A stretch of 56,706 nt of DNA from a virus (lineage: Duplodnaviria > Caudoviricetes). Where the stretch lies: positions 1-56,706 of IMG/VR virus record IMGVR_UViG_3300037783_000023; one strand, 5' to 3'. The stretch's first letter is position 1, and each line of letters begins with the position of its first letter. A program made the position numbers and the translations under genes. The notes under the pieces are model-generated. The model had not been told where the DNA came from and ran no database searches. It saw only the letters and a list, made by a program, of their open reading frames with translations. Shown one piece after another: positions 42,368 through 50,999 of this stretch.

Positions 42368-45300
42368 GTGTCGCTTGACCGCTATTACAACCTCTACAAC
42401 GCTGCGACCGGATACTCGGACCTGATGTTCCGGGCCGGTGACGGCCTGCAAAGCCGTGAGCTCAACGAAATGCAGACGTGGCTCGCGGACCGCCTCGCAA
42501 GGATCGGCGACGCCATCTTCAAGGAGGGCGACCTGATCCGCGACGGCGACGTCTCCGTCAACCCCGACACCGGCGAGGTCAATCTGGCCTCGGGCATCGT
42601 CTACCTGCGCGGCGCAGCCCGCCCCGTCGGCGCTGCAAACTTCGTGATCCCGGTGGACCGGACGGTGGCGCTCGGCGTGCGCTTTGTCGAGACCATCGTC
42701 ACCGAGCTTGAGGACCCCGCCCTGCGGGACCCGGCCGTGGGCACCCGCAATTATCAGGAGCCCGGGGCAGCCCGTCGCAAGGAGCAGATCGTTTGGGGCT
42801 GGGAAAGCGCCAATCAAAACGACGGCGGCGAAGGCCAGTTCAACGCGATCTACACGGTGACAAACGGGTCGCTGGACAGCAAGGTGCAGCCCCCCGAGCT
42901 TGACGCGGTGCTGCAAACTGTGGCGCGCTATGACCGCGAGGCGAATGGCTCGTATGTCGCGAGCGGCTTGGACCTGACCTACCTGACCCGCGACGATGCG
43001 GCGGCGGAATATGTCTTTTCGCTGGCCGAAGGTGTCGGCAACGTCGGCGGCCTCAAGGTCGAGCGGCCGCAGTCTACCCGCCTCCGCTGGTCGATTGATC
43101 CCGACCTGCGGGCGGTCAATGCTGAGCCACATGGCTTTGCAGATGGCGGCACCGGCACGGCCGTTATCCCGGTCAACCTTGCCCCCATTGCAGAGGTCAC
43201 GGACGTGACCATCACCCGCGAGACGACCGAAACTGTCACGCACGGGGCATTCACCGGCGCATCCGACCCGCTTGAATTTAGCACTGTCGTATCTGTTCTG
43301 ACCGTTGAGCAGGGCGGCACAGCCTACACCGAAGGCGTGGACTTTGTCGTGAGCGGTGGCCAGATCGACTGGTCCCCGGGCGGTGCCGAGCCTGCGCCGG
43401 GCTCGACCTATTCTGTGACCTATCGGTACATTGACAGCATCACTCCCGACGAGGTGACAGATGAAACCGTGACGGTCTCCGGCGCGGTCACGGGCACCAC
43501 GGTGTTCATCGACTATGCCTACAAGCTGCCGCGCGTCGATGTGCTGGTGATGAACGCGGACGGGCAGCTCTCGCGGGTGCGCGGCGTATCGCAGACCATC
43601 AACCCGCAGCCTCCGCAGGTCCCCGGCGGGGTTCTGCAACTGGCAGAGGTGGCGCTTGATTGGTTCGCCGACCGTCGGCCTCAGGTGCGGAACACCGCGA
43701 CCCGGGCTGTGCCCTTTGCGGACCTCGCCTCGATGCAAACGCAGATCAGCAGCCTTTTCCAGCTGGTCGCGGTGGAGCGCCTGCGCAATGACGCCAACAT
43801 CACCGACCCGACCTCGAAGCTCGGCGTTTTCGTGGACCCGTTCCTCGACGACGACCTGCGCGATCAGGGCGTGCCGCAGACTGCGGCGGTGCTGTGGGGC
43901 GAGCTGACCCTTCCCATCACAGCTGCGGTTCAAGACCCACCGCAGGGAGCGGCGGCGACGTGGACGCTCAACTATGAGCTGACGCCGGTGCTTGAGCAGC
44001 TGGCCGGCACGCGGGCGATGAAGATCAACCCCTACATGAATTTCGAGCCGGTGCCGGCGGCGGTCACGCTGGTGCCGTCGGTGGACAACTGGACCACGGT
44101 GGAGACGCAATGGACCTCCGCCATCACCCGGGCCTTCACCTCGGGTTCCGGGCGCTTGTCCAGCACGTCGGTGTCTACCAGCACCCAACTGGTCTCGTCG
44201 ACCTCGCGCGCTGCGCTTGAAATCCGCCAGCGGTCGGTCGCCTTCACGCTGCGCGGCATGGACCCGAACGAGGGCTTGTCCCGTGTCGAGTTCGATGGGC
44301 TCGACGTCACGCCTGATCCAGCTCCTTCCGCAGATGCGGCGGGGGTTCTGACTTCCTCCTTCCAGATCCCTACTGGTGTCCCCACGGGGTCGAAGGGGGT
44401 GACGTTCCTCGGCGAGAATGGCTCGTTCGGTCAAAGCACCTATACATCAAACGGGACCATCATCACCAACACCTTCCGCAGTGTCACAACGCGGCGGACG
44501 GTGCGGTGGAACCCTCCGCCGCCCCCACCGCCGCCGCGCATCGTGACTACGGCTGGGTGGGACCCGCTGGCGCAGACGTTCGTGCTCGATTTCGACACGG
44601 TGGTCGGGGGAGTTGACGTTTGGTTCGACGCCATTGGAAACCCCGATGCGCCGACGATTGTGCAAATCCGAGAGACCACGGTCGGCTTTCCGAACGCAAA
44701 TATCGTCAGCTCAGGTGAGGTCGATATGGCGTCGGTCACGCTTGGCGGTTCCACGAGGGTGGATTTCGCGCCCACGCTTTTGCGCGCGGGGCGGGAATAC
44801 GCGCTGGTCTTCCTGACCGACGATCCGGACCACGCGCTGCGGGTGGCAGAGCTGGGCAAGTATGACGCTGAGACGGAAACGTGGGTGACTGCGCAGCCGT
44901 ATCGGATCGGCGTGTTGCTGTCCTCCTCCAACGCCTCGACTTGGACCCCGCATCAAGAGCGGGACCTTAAGTTCCGGTTGCTGGCGGCGCGGTTCACCGA
45001 GACGACGCGGACGGTGGCGCTTGGAGAGATCACGGTCTCGGAGAGCACCGACTTCATCGCCCTCGCGGGCGTGGAGCGCATGTCCTCGGAAACTGATGTG
45101 ACCTTCGTGCTGCGTGACAGCGGTGGGCAGGTGTTCCGCATGACCGAAGGCGCGGCGCTCAATCTGGCGTCTCGTGTTTCGGACACGCTGACCGTGGAAG
45201 CGGTGCTCTCGGGCTCAGAGCGGTTCACGCCGGTCCTGTTCCCGGGGGTTCAGGTGCTCAATGGGGCGCTTGCCACCGAGGCGGATTATGTCAGCCGGGC

Positions 45301-45577
45301 GATCCCGGCAGCGGCGTCCTTCGACGTTTCGGTCTATCTCGACACGCTGATCCCCCCGGGGGCCGGTGTGGCGGTGTTCGCCGAGACCGACACCGGCTGG
45401 ACTGAGCTGACACTGGACAGCGGCCAGCCCATCGAGAACGGGGCCGAGGAGCGCCACTATGTCGGGGCAGAGCTCGCCGGGGTCGGCGCGGCCAACATCA
45501 CCCGCATCAAGATCGAGCTGTCGGGCACTCCGGCGGCTCGGCCTTTTGTCAGCGCCCTGCGCGCCATCATCAAGTGA
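42368..45577 (+). CDS. Large DUF4815-like baseplate/receptor-binding protein
   Basis: LQSRELNEMQ, GVFVDPF, DPLAQTF motifs; 1069 aa; AGGAGG RBS. Confidence 0.7.
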   Translation: MSLDRYYNLYNAATGYSDLMFRAGDGLQSRELNEMQTWLADRLARIGDAIFKEGDLIRDGDVSVNPDTGEVNLASGIVYLRGAARPVGAANFVIPVDRTVALGVRFVETIVTELEDPALRDPAVGTRNYQEPGAARRKEQIVWGWESANQNDGGEGQFNAIYTVTNGSLDSKVQPPELDAVLQTVARYDREANGSYVASGLDLTYLTRDDAAAEYVFSLAEGVGNVGGLKVERPQSTRLRWSIDPDLRAVNAEPHGFADGGTGTAVIPVNLAPIAEVTDVTITRETTETVTHGAFTGASDPLEFSTVVSVLTVEQGGTAYTEGVDFVVSGGQIDWSPGGAEPAPGSTYSVTYRYIDSITPDEVTDETVTVSGAVTGTTVFIDYAYKLPRVDVLVMNADGQLSRVRGVSQTINPQPPQVPGGVLQLAEVALDWFADRRPQVRNTATRAVPFADLASMQTQISSLFQLVAVERLRNDANITDPTSKLGVFVDPFLDDDLRDQGVPQTAAVLWGELTLPITAAVQDPPQGAAATWTLNYELTPVLEQLAGTRAMKINPYMNFEPVPAAVTLVPSVDNWTTVETQWTSAITRAFTSGSGRLSSTSVSTSTQLVSSTSRAALEIRQRSVAFTLRGMDPNEGLSRVEFDGLDVTPDPAPSADAAGVLTSSFQIPTGVPTGSKGVTFLGENGSFGQSTYTSNGTIITNTFRSVTTRRTVRWNPPPPPPPPRIVTTAGWDPLAQTFVLDFDTVVGGVDVWFDAIGNPDAPTIVQIRETTVGFPNANIVSSGEVDMASVTLGGSTRVDFAPTLLRAGREYALVFLTDDPDHALRVAELGKYDAETETWVTAQPYRIGVLLSSSNASTWTPHQERDLKFRLLAARFTETTRTVALGEITVSESTDFIALAGVERMSSETDVTFVLRDSGGQVFRMTEGAALNLASRVSDTLTVEAVLSGSERFTPVLFPGVQVLNGALATEADYVSRAIPAAASFDVSVYLDTLIPPGAGVAVFAETDTGWTELTLDSGQPIENGAEERHYVGAELAGVGAANITRIKIELSGTPAARPFVSALRAIIK

Positions 45578-45585
45578 GGTGACGC

Positions 45586-45777
45586 ATGAGCAACGGCGTA
45601 AACCGGGACGAGCGAACGGAGGGGCGGGGCTACCCGCTCCCCCATCCTGACAACACGATGCAGGCGGACATTGAGCGGCTGCGGACCACGCTGGTCGCCG
45701 CTGACGCAGACGTCGTTGACCAGATCGCCGAGACCCGGCGGCGCTGGGTTCACGACTTCATCGGACTGAAACTGTGA
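45586..45777 (+). CDS. Small tail-associated protein
   Basis: GAGGT RBS; YPLPHPDN..DIERLR. Confidence 0.6.
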   Translation: MSNGVNRDERTEGRGYPLPHPDNTMQADIERLRTTLVAADADVVDQIAETRRRWVHDFIGLKL

Positions 45778-45784
45778 GGCACCC

Positions 45785-46273
45785 ATGACTGACATCATGC
45801 TCCGGGGCGCGCTAAACGCCCTCAAGACCAAGATCGAGGCGCTGGCAGCCTCGGAGACGGCCTCGGCCGAAGACCTCGCGATGCTGGGCACCGCCCTTGA
45901 GCGCATCGCGGGCAAGACCACCGCCATCGAAGTGGAGATGGTCGGCGAGGAGCAACGCGCTGCGTTGACCTCGGACGCGGCAGCAGCGCGCGAAAATGCC
46001 TTGCAGGCCATCGCGTCCGCTCTGTCGGCCGCCGACGAGGCACTGGCCCACCACGTCAGTACCATCAACGCAGCTGGAGCGGCGGCCATTACACCTATCA
46101 CGGACGCAGGGGGCGCTGCGTTGACAGCGATCCAAGCCGAGCGGCAGGAGGCGTTGACGGCCCTCGCGGAAAGCACGGAGGACGCGGTCGCCGAGGTGAG
46201 CGGGACTTTGCTGGCTGCGGTGACAACCGCCTCCGGCCTGACCGCAACGTCCTTCTTTCTCAACCAACTTTAA
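45785..46273 (+). CDS. Ala-rich helical tail-associated protein
   Basis: In tail fibre block; GAGG RBS. Confidence 0.6.
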   Translation: MTDIMLRGALNALKTKIEALAASETASAEDLAMLGTALERIAGKTTAIEVEMVGEEQRAALTSDAAAARENALQAIASALSAADEALAHHVSTINAAGAAAITPITDAGGAALTAIQAERQEALTALAESTEDAVAEVSGTLLAAVTTASGLTATSFFLNQL

Positions 46274-46285
46274 GGGCCAAGCGAC

Positions 46286-47050
46286 ATGAGTATCCTTGCA
46301 AATCAGATGAGCGCAGCGAACGCTGCGGTCGAAGTTCTCACCGTGCCTGCTGGGCGCAGAACCACAATCAATTTCAATGCGGTGAACACCGGCTCCGAAG
46401 TGGCGACCGTCACTTTGTTTGCCGCCTCGCGGGACGCAGTGCGCGTCACTTCGATCGCTGTAACGAATGGCGGCGCGAGCTACGTCGCAATCCCGCAAGT
46501 CACGGTCGAGGGAGGCGGTGGCGAAGGCGCGCAAGCGATTGCCAGAATGGCCGCTGACAGCGTAACGATCTCGGACGCGGGGACAGGCTATAGCGTCGGC
46601 GATGAGCTGACGGCCGTGGTCGCAGACCAGACGGCTGCGGTTCTTACTGTGACCGATGTAGATGGGGCCGGTGCAATCCAAGCGGTGGAGCTCACCTCCG
46701 GCGGGGACTATGCGGCTCTCCCGGACAGCCCGACCCCCGCCAGTGGTGGGACCGGCTCGGGGGCTGCTTTTGTTCTGACGTTCTCTGTCCTGAGCGTTTC
46801 TGTGACCTCCCAAGGAGGTGGCTTCTTGGAGGCCCCGACCGTCTCGTTCAGCGGTGGCGCTGCGGCTGCCACGGCTACGATTTCGGTTGTCTTGGAGGCC
46901 AAGCACACCTTCGAGCACGCGGTGGCGCTCAACCCGGGCGGCATCATCTACCGCACCGCGCTGATCCTTGGACCGGGCGACGGTCTCTACGCTCAGGCGG
47001 ACACCGACACGGTGGCTGTGACCGCTTGGGGCGTCTCCGCGCTGATTTAA
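46286..47050 (+). CDS. Tail fibre-associated beta-rich protein
   Basis: Repeated xxGxGY motifs (TNGGASY, DAGTGY, TSGGDY). Confidence 0.6.
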   Translation: MSILANQMSAANAAVEVLTVPAGRRTTINFNAVNTGSEVATVTLFAASRDAVRVTSIAVTNGGASYVAIPQVTVEGGGGEGAQAIARMAADSVTISDAGTGYSVGDELTAVVADQTAAVLTVTDVDGAGAIQAVELTSGGDYAALPDSPTPASGGTGSGAAFVLTFSVLSVSVTSQGGGFLEAPTVSFSGGAAAATATISVVLEAKHTFEHAVALNPGGIIYRTALILGPGDGLYAQADTDTVAVTAWGVSALI

Positions 47051-47072
47051 CCTCACACGAAAGGAGGCAAGC

Positions 47073-48203
47073 ATGTCTCGTGTTATTTCAAATCCCGGCG
47101 CGCAGGCGAGCGGCAACAACGGCGTCGGTCCCTTTAATCAACTGGCGATGTTCAACGTGGCGGGGACCTTTGATTGGGTCGTCCCTGCGAACATTGACCC
47201 CAACGTCCCCTTGCGCGTTCGTGTCTGGGGTGCGGGCGGTGCAGGTGGTCTACAATCCAGCAACACTGGCAATTCTCGGGGTGGCGGCGGCGGCGGTCTC
47301 GCCATCTCGGAAATCCCTATCTCTGAGCTCGCCATCGGTGGGTCCGTCTCCCTGATCATCGGTGCAGGGAGCAAGAATTACCAAGCGCAGGGCGGCACGT
47401 CCTCGTTCGGCGCGTTCCTGTCGGCCACCGGGGGCAACTCCGGGGCGACGTTGGACGGCGTGGGCGGCGAAGGCGTCGGCGGCGACATCAACCGCGTCGG
47501 CGGTCAGGGCGGCAGCGGGAGCAATAATTCGTCTTCAGGCTATGGTGGCGGCGGCGGTTCGGCTCCGCACCCCGACGGACACCTCAACGGGTTTGCAGGC
47601 GGCGCCGGCAATAGCCACTCCGGTGGAGGCGGCGCATCTATCGCTTACGCTGGGGCCCGCCCTCACACCAGCCAAACGTCGGTCGGCGGTTCCGGCACCG
47701 CTGGCCCGGGCACGTCTTCGGCGAATTCTAGCTCCAGTTACGCCTATGGCGGCCAAGGCGGCGCGGGCATCCTCGGCGCGGGCGGGGCTGGCGCGCAAGC
47801 AAACACCTATTCAAACTATGCCATCGGCACGACCACTGCGGCGGACGGCGGCGGCACCGCAATATTGGAGCCGAACAAAATCCTGTTTGGAGGCGGGGGC
47901 GGCGGCGGTAATGCGGCGACTTATCAATCATCTGAAAGGGGCGGCACGAACGCGGGCAACGGCGGCCCCGGCGCGGGTGGCGGTTCCGCGCACGCCTACA
48001 ACTCAAGCAATAATCACACCTACATGGGCGCGGGCAATGGCGGGATGCTGGGTGGCGGCGGCGGTGCGGGGCAATACTGCTTCCCCGGCCACGGCGGCAA
48101 CGCGGGCGGCGGCGGCGCGAGCGGCTATCAGCATGGCCCCGGCACCGGGCATGGCTTCGGCGGCGACGGCCTGATCCTCATTCAATACGCGCTGATCCTG
48201 TAA
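47073..48203 (+). CDS. Glycine-rich tail fibre / receptor-binding protein
   Basis: VWGAGGAGG, GGGGGG, GGTSSFG, GGDGLILIQY. Confidence 0.75.
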   Translation: MSRVISNPGAQASGNNGVGPFNQLAMFNVAGTFDWVVPANIDPNVPLRVRVWGAGGAGGLQSSNTGNSRGGGGGGLAISEIPISELAIGGSVSLIIGAGSKNYQAQGGTSSFGAFLSATGGNSGATLDGVGGEGVGGDINRVGGQGGSGSNNSSSGYGGGGGSAPHPDGHLNGFAGGAGNSHSGGGGASIAYAGARPHTSQTSVGGSGTAGPGTSSANSSSSYAYGGQGGAGILGAGGAGAQANTYSNYAIGTTTAADGGGTAILEPNKILFGGGGGGGNAATYQSSERGGTNAGNGGPGAGGGSAHAYNSSNNHTYMGAGNGGMLGGGGGAGQYCFPGHGGNAGGGGASGYQHGPGTGHGFGGDGLILIQYALIL

Positions 48204-48213
48204 GGGGGCACTC

Positions 48214-48642
48214 ATGAGCAAGTTTGCAAAAGTCGTGAACGACACGGTCGTCGAGGTGCTGGACGCCCTTGAAGGCCGCATTCACCCCGCGCTGCACGGC
48301 GATTATGTGCAGGTTCCGGACACGGTCGAGCCCGGCATGGTCAAAAACGGGCGCAAGTTCGAGGCTCCCGAGCCCGTTGCGCCGGTGGAGGCGGAGGCTC
48401 AGCCGGTCGCGCTGGACACGCGCGTTTCGCGTGTGGAGTTCCTGCGCAGGTTCAAGCGCGCCGAGCGCATTGCGCTCCGTGGAGCTGAGACAAAAGACCC
48501 CGTGATCGGGGACTTCATGCTGATGCTCAACCTCGCTGACGAGGTAGACCTTTCGGGCGAGGACGTCGTCGAGGGGCTCGCCTATCTGGAGGCGCAGAAC
48601 CTTCTGCCCAAGGGGCGGCGCGAGGAAATCCTCGCGGGCTGA
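48214..48642 (+). CDS. Tail fibre assembly chaperone-like protein
   Basis: Follows fibre; EFLRRF...ER; GR.EEIL end. Confidence 0.55.
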   Translation: MSKFAKVVNDTVVEVLDALEGRIHPALHGDYVQVPDTVEPGMVKNGRKFEAPEPVAPVEAEAQPVALDTRVSRVEFLRRFKRAERIALRGAETKDPVIGDFMLMLNLADEVDLSGEDVVEGLAYLEAQNLLPKGRREEILAG

Positions 48643-48649
48643 CCCTGCT

Positions 48650-48682
48650 GTCGCTGCGCCCGTCTTCGGGCGCGGCGACTTG
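48650..48682 (+). terminator. Strong hairpin between fibre block and sheath gene
   Basis: GTCGCTGCGCCCG-TCTT-CGGGCGCGGCGAC; weak U-tract. Confidence 0.4.
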
Positions 48683-48761
48683 TCGGTGCTGACCGGCGGC
48701 CCCCCCTACCTGAAATTTTCGGCCCCTGCGCGGCGGCCTCTTAACGCAAAGGACAAGCGAA

Positions 48762-50009
48762 ATGTCTGACCCTACCTTTGGGCTCTCCATCCAGCGCATC
48801 GACAATGAGCCCCGCCCCCCGGTGGCGAGCGATATGTCGGTCGTCGGGATCATCGGCACCGCATCGGACGCGGACGCCTCGGCCTTTCCCCTGAATACTC
48901 CTGTCTTCCTCTACTCGGATGACGCCACCAAGCTCACTGCCCTTGGCGCAGCGGGCACCCTGCGCGATGCGATTACGCTTGTGAACGCGCAGCTGGGGTC
49001 CTTCCAAGCCGCTGCGAAGGTGGTCGTGGTGCGCGTCGAGGACGGTGCGGACGCGGCAGGGACCATCGCCAACATCGTCGGCGACGGCGTCTCGACCGGC
49101 CTCAGCGCGTTCTTGAACGCTGGCGCTGAGCTGGGCGTGATCCCCCGCCTGCTGTGCGCCCCGGGCTTCACCAGCCAGCGCACCGCTCCGGACGCGAACG
49201 CGGTCTGCGCAGCGCTTCCTCCGATCTGCGAAAAGCTGCTGGCGCACGCGGTTGTCGATGGCCCAGCGACCACCTTGCAGGACGCGCTCGACTGGCGCGA
49301 GACGATTTCCCATTACCGCCTGATCCCGGTGGACCCGGCGGTGCGCGTGCTGGACGGCGGTGTGACCGTGGTGCAGCCGCTCTCCCCGGCCGTGATCGGT
49401 GTCGGCGTGCGCCGCGACCACGAGTTCCAAGGCCGCCCGTTCCATAGCTGGGCGAACCAGCCGGTGCAGGGCATCGTCGGCCCGTCGCGCCCGATCAACT
49501 TCTCGCTCACCGACGGCGCGACCGAGGGGCAGAGCCTCCTCGCGGCCAATATCGGCGTGCTGCTGCGCGGTGAAATGGGCGTGGAAAGCGCCATCGGTCA
49601 GGGCGGCTTCATCTTCGTCGGCACCGACAACGCAGGCGAGGACGACCTTTGGCGGTTCTACAACGTCACCCGCGGGCGCGATTACATGCACCTCATGATG
49701 CTGCGCACGCTGCGGTTCTACCTTGGCCGCTTCAACATCACCGGCCAGACCATTCAGGCCGTGCTGAACACGATGGAGACTGCGCTGCGCAACCTCAAGG
49801 CTGACGGCGACATTCTCGGCTTCGAGGTCAAGTTCCTGCCTGCGCAGAACAGCCCCGAGGAGCTGCGGCAGGGCCGCTTCGTGGTCAACTTCGCGGCCGA
49901 GGAGGCCCCGGTGCTGCGTTACCTCGGCATCCAGTCCGCCCGCTATCGCCCGGCGCTCGACGCGCTGCTTGACGAGCTGCTCTCGCAGGTCGGCACGATC
50001 ACCGGCTAA
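48762..50009 (+). CDS. Tail sheath protein (P2 FI-like)
   Basis: VVGIIGTA..ADA..FPLNTPV, PRLLCAPGF, HSWAN. Confidence 0.9.
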   Translation: MSDPTFGLSIQRIDNEPRPPVASDMSVVGIIGTASDADASAFPLNTPVFLYSDDATKLTALGAAGTLRDAITLVNAQLGSFQAAAKVVVVRVEDGADAAGTIANIVGDGVSTGLSAFLNAGAELGVIPRLLCAPGFTSQRTAPDANAVCAALPPICEKLLAHAVVDGPATTLQDALDWRETISHYRLIPVDPAVRVLDGGVTVVQPLSPAVIGVGVRRDHEFQGRPFHSWANQPVQGIVGPSRPINFSLTDGATEGQSLLAANIGVLLRGEMGVESAIGQGGFIFVGTDNAGEDDLWRFYNVTRGRDYMHLMMLRTLRFYLGRFNITGQTIQAVLNTMETALRNLKADGDILGFEVKFLPAQNSPEELRQGRFVVNFAAEEAPVLRYLGIQSARYRPALDALLDELLSQVGTITG

Positions 50010-50038
50010 AGCCACCCGCCACACAAGGAGACGCTCGC

Positions 50039-50575
50039 ATGAGCAATATCTATCTTATGGAGGCCGCGAACCTGTTTTGCGGCGACGACGATCCCACCGG
50101 GTCCAAGCACTTGACCCTGAGCGAGCTGCAGCTGCCGAATTTGCAGGAGAATTTTCAGGACTATCAGCCCGGCGGCTCGCGCGTCGGGATTGAGGTCGCT
50201 GTCGGCATCCAGAAGCTCGAGGCCGGCTTCAAGCTCGCAGGCTGGGACCCCGACCTGCTGGCGCAGTTCGGTCTCGGGGCCTCCGCCCGCAAGAAGTTCA
50301 CAGCCTACGGTGTGATCCGCAACAAGCGCAGCGGTGAAGCGATCGAGGCCAAGGCGGTGCTTGAGGGCCGCCTCGGCTCGGTCAGCCCCGAGGCGTTTAC
50401 GCGCGGCGAGCTGCAGGGCTTCGACTATTCGATCTCGGAAATCATGCACTACGAGCTGTATTTCGAGGGCGCGGAGAAGCTCTATTGGGATTTCTTCACG
50501 TCAGACTGGCGCGTCAACGGCGCGTCTCAAAACGCGGATGAGCGGTCGATCCTGCGCATCCCCGGCGGCCTGTGA
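50039..50575 (+). CDS. Tail tube protein (P2 FII-like)
   Basis: Follows sheath; LPNL...PGG...KLE...HYEL...RVNG. Confidence 0.85.
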   Translation: MSNIYLMEAANLFCGDDDPTGSKHLTLSELQLPNLQENFQDYQPGGSRVGIEVAVGIQKLEAGFKLAGWDPDLLAQFGLGASARKKFTAYGVIRNKRSGEAIEAKAVLEGRLGSVSPEAFTRGELQGFDYSISEIMHYELYFEGAEKLYWDFFTSDWRVNGASQNADERSILRIPGGL

Positions 50576-50583
50576 GGTAAGCC

Positions 50584-50931
50584 ATGACTGCCCCCAAAAC
50601 AAAAACAGTCACGCTTCAATTCCCGATCACCGTGGACGGCCGCGAGGTGTCGGAGGTGACGATCACCCGCCCCAAGGTGAAGGACCTCAAGGCGATGGAC
50701 GCGGCGCTGGACGGCATCACCGACAAGCTCGATCAGGGCATCATCATGGTGTCGGTTCTGACCGGGCTGTCGCACGACGCGGTAGAGGAGCTGGACGCCG
50801 ACGACTTCACCGAGCTGTCGGAGGTGGTGGCCGGTTTTTTCCCGCAGGCCAAGGCCCCCGGCAATGGCGCTCCGTCATTGCCGAAACCGCCCACTGGCTC
50901 AACACCCCCATCACCGCCTTCGACGACATGA
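50584..50931 (+). CDS. Tail assembly chaperone (gpE/gp41-like)
   Basis: TLQFPI...RPKVKDL...ELDADDF. Confidence 0.85.
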   Translation: MTAPKTKTVTLQFPITVDGREVSEVTITRPKVKDLKAMDAALDGITDKLDQGIIMVSVLTGLSHDAVEELDADDFTELSEVVAGFFPQAKAPGNGAPSLPKPPTGSTPPSPPSTT

Positions 50932-50996
50932 CATGGTCAGAGGTCGTGCTCTGGCACAATGAAGCCCGGCGTCTGGCCGGGGCAAAACGGAGGTGA
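50835..50996 (+). other. Programmed -1 frameshift (T TTT TTC) giving the E+E' extended chaperone
   Basis: Slippery heptamer 50835-50841; -1 frame open to 50996 with W..VIAE.AHW...MTWSEV..W pattern. Confidence 0.8.
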
Positions 50997-50999
50997 TCC

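Noticed and set aside
42353-44434. Long antisense ORF (693 aa) and similar shadow ORFs (106-1512, 48741-50024, 55092-56543, 6521-7660)
   Set aside because: Arg/His/Gly-rich, no motifs or RBS; expected opposite real genes in GC-rich DNA
44512-44535. Poly-proline run as repeat element or frameshift site
   Set aside because: Mixed Pro codons in frame; ordinary linker (similar run at the terL C-terminus)
47073-48760. Diversity-generating retroelement or invertible fibre switch
   Set aside because: No reverse transcriptase, invertase, template/variable repeat pair or flanking inverted repeats seen
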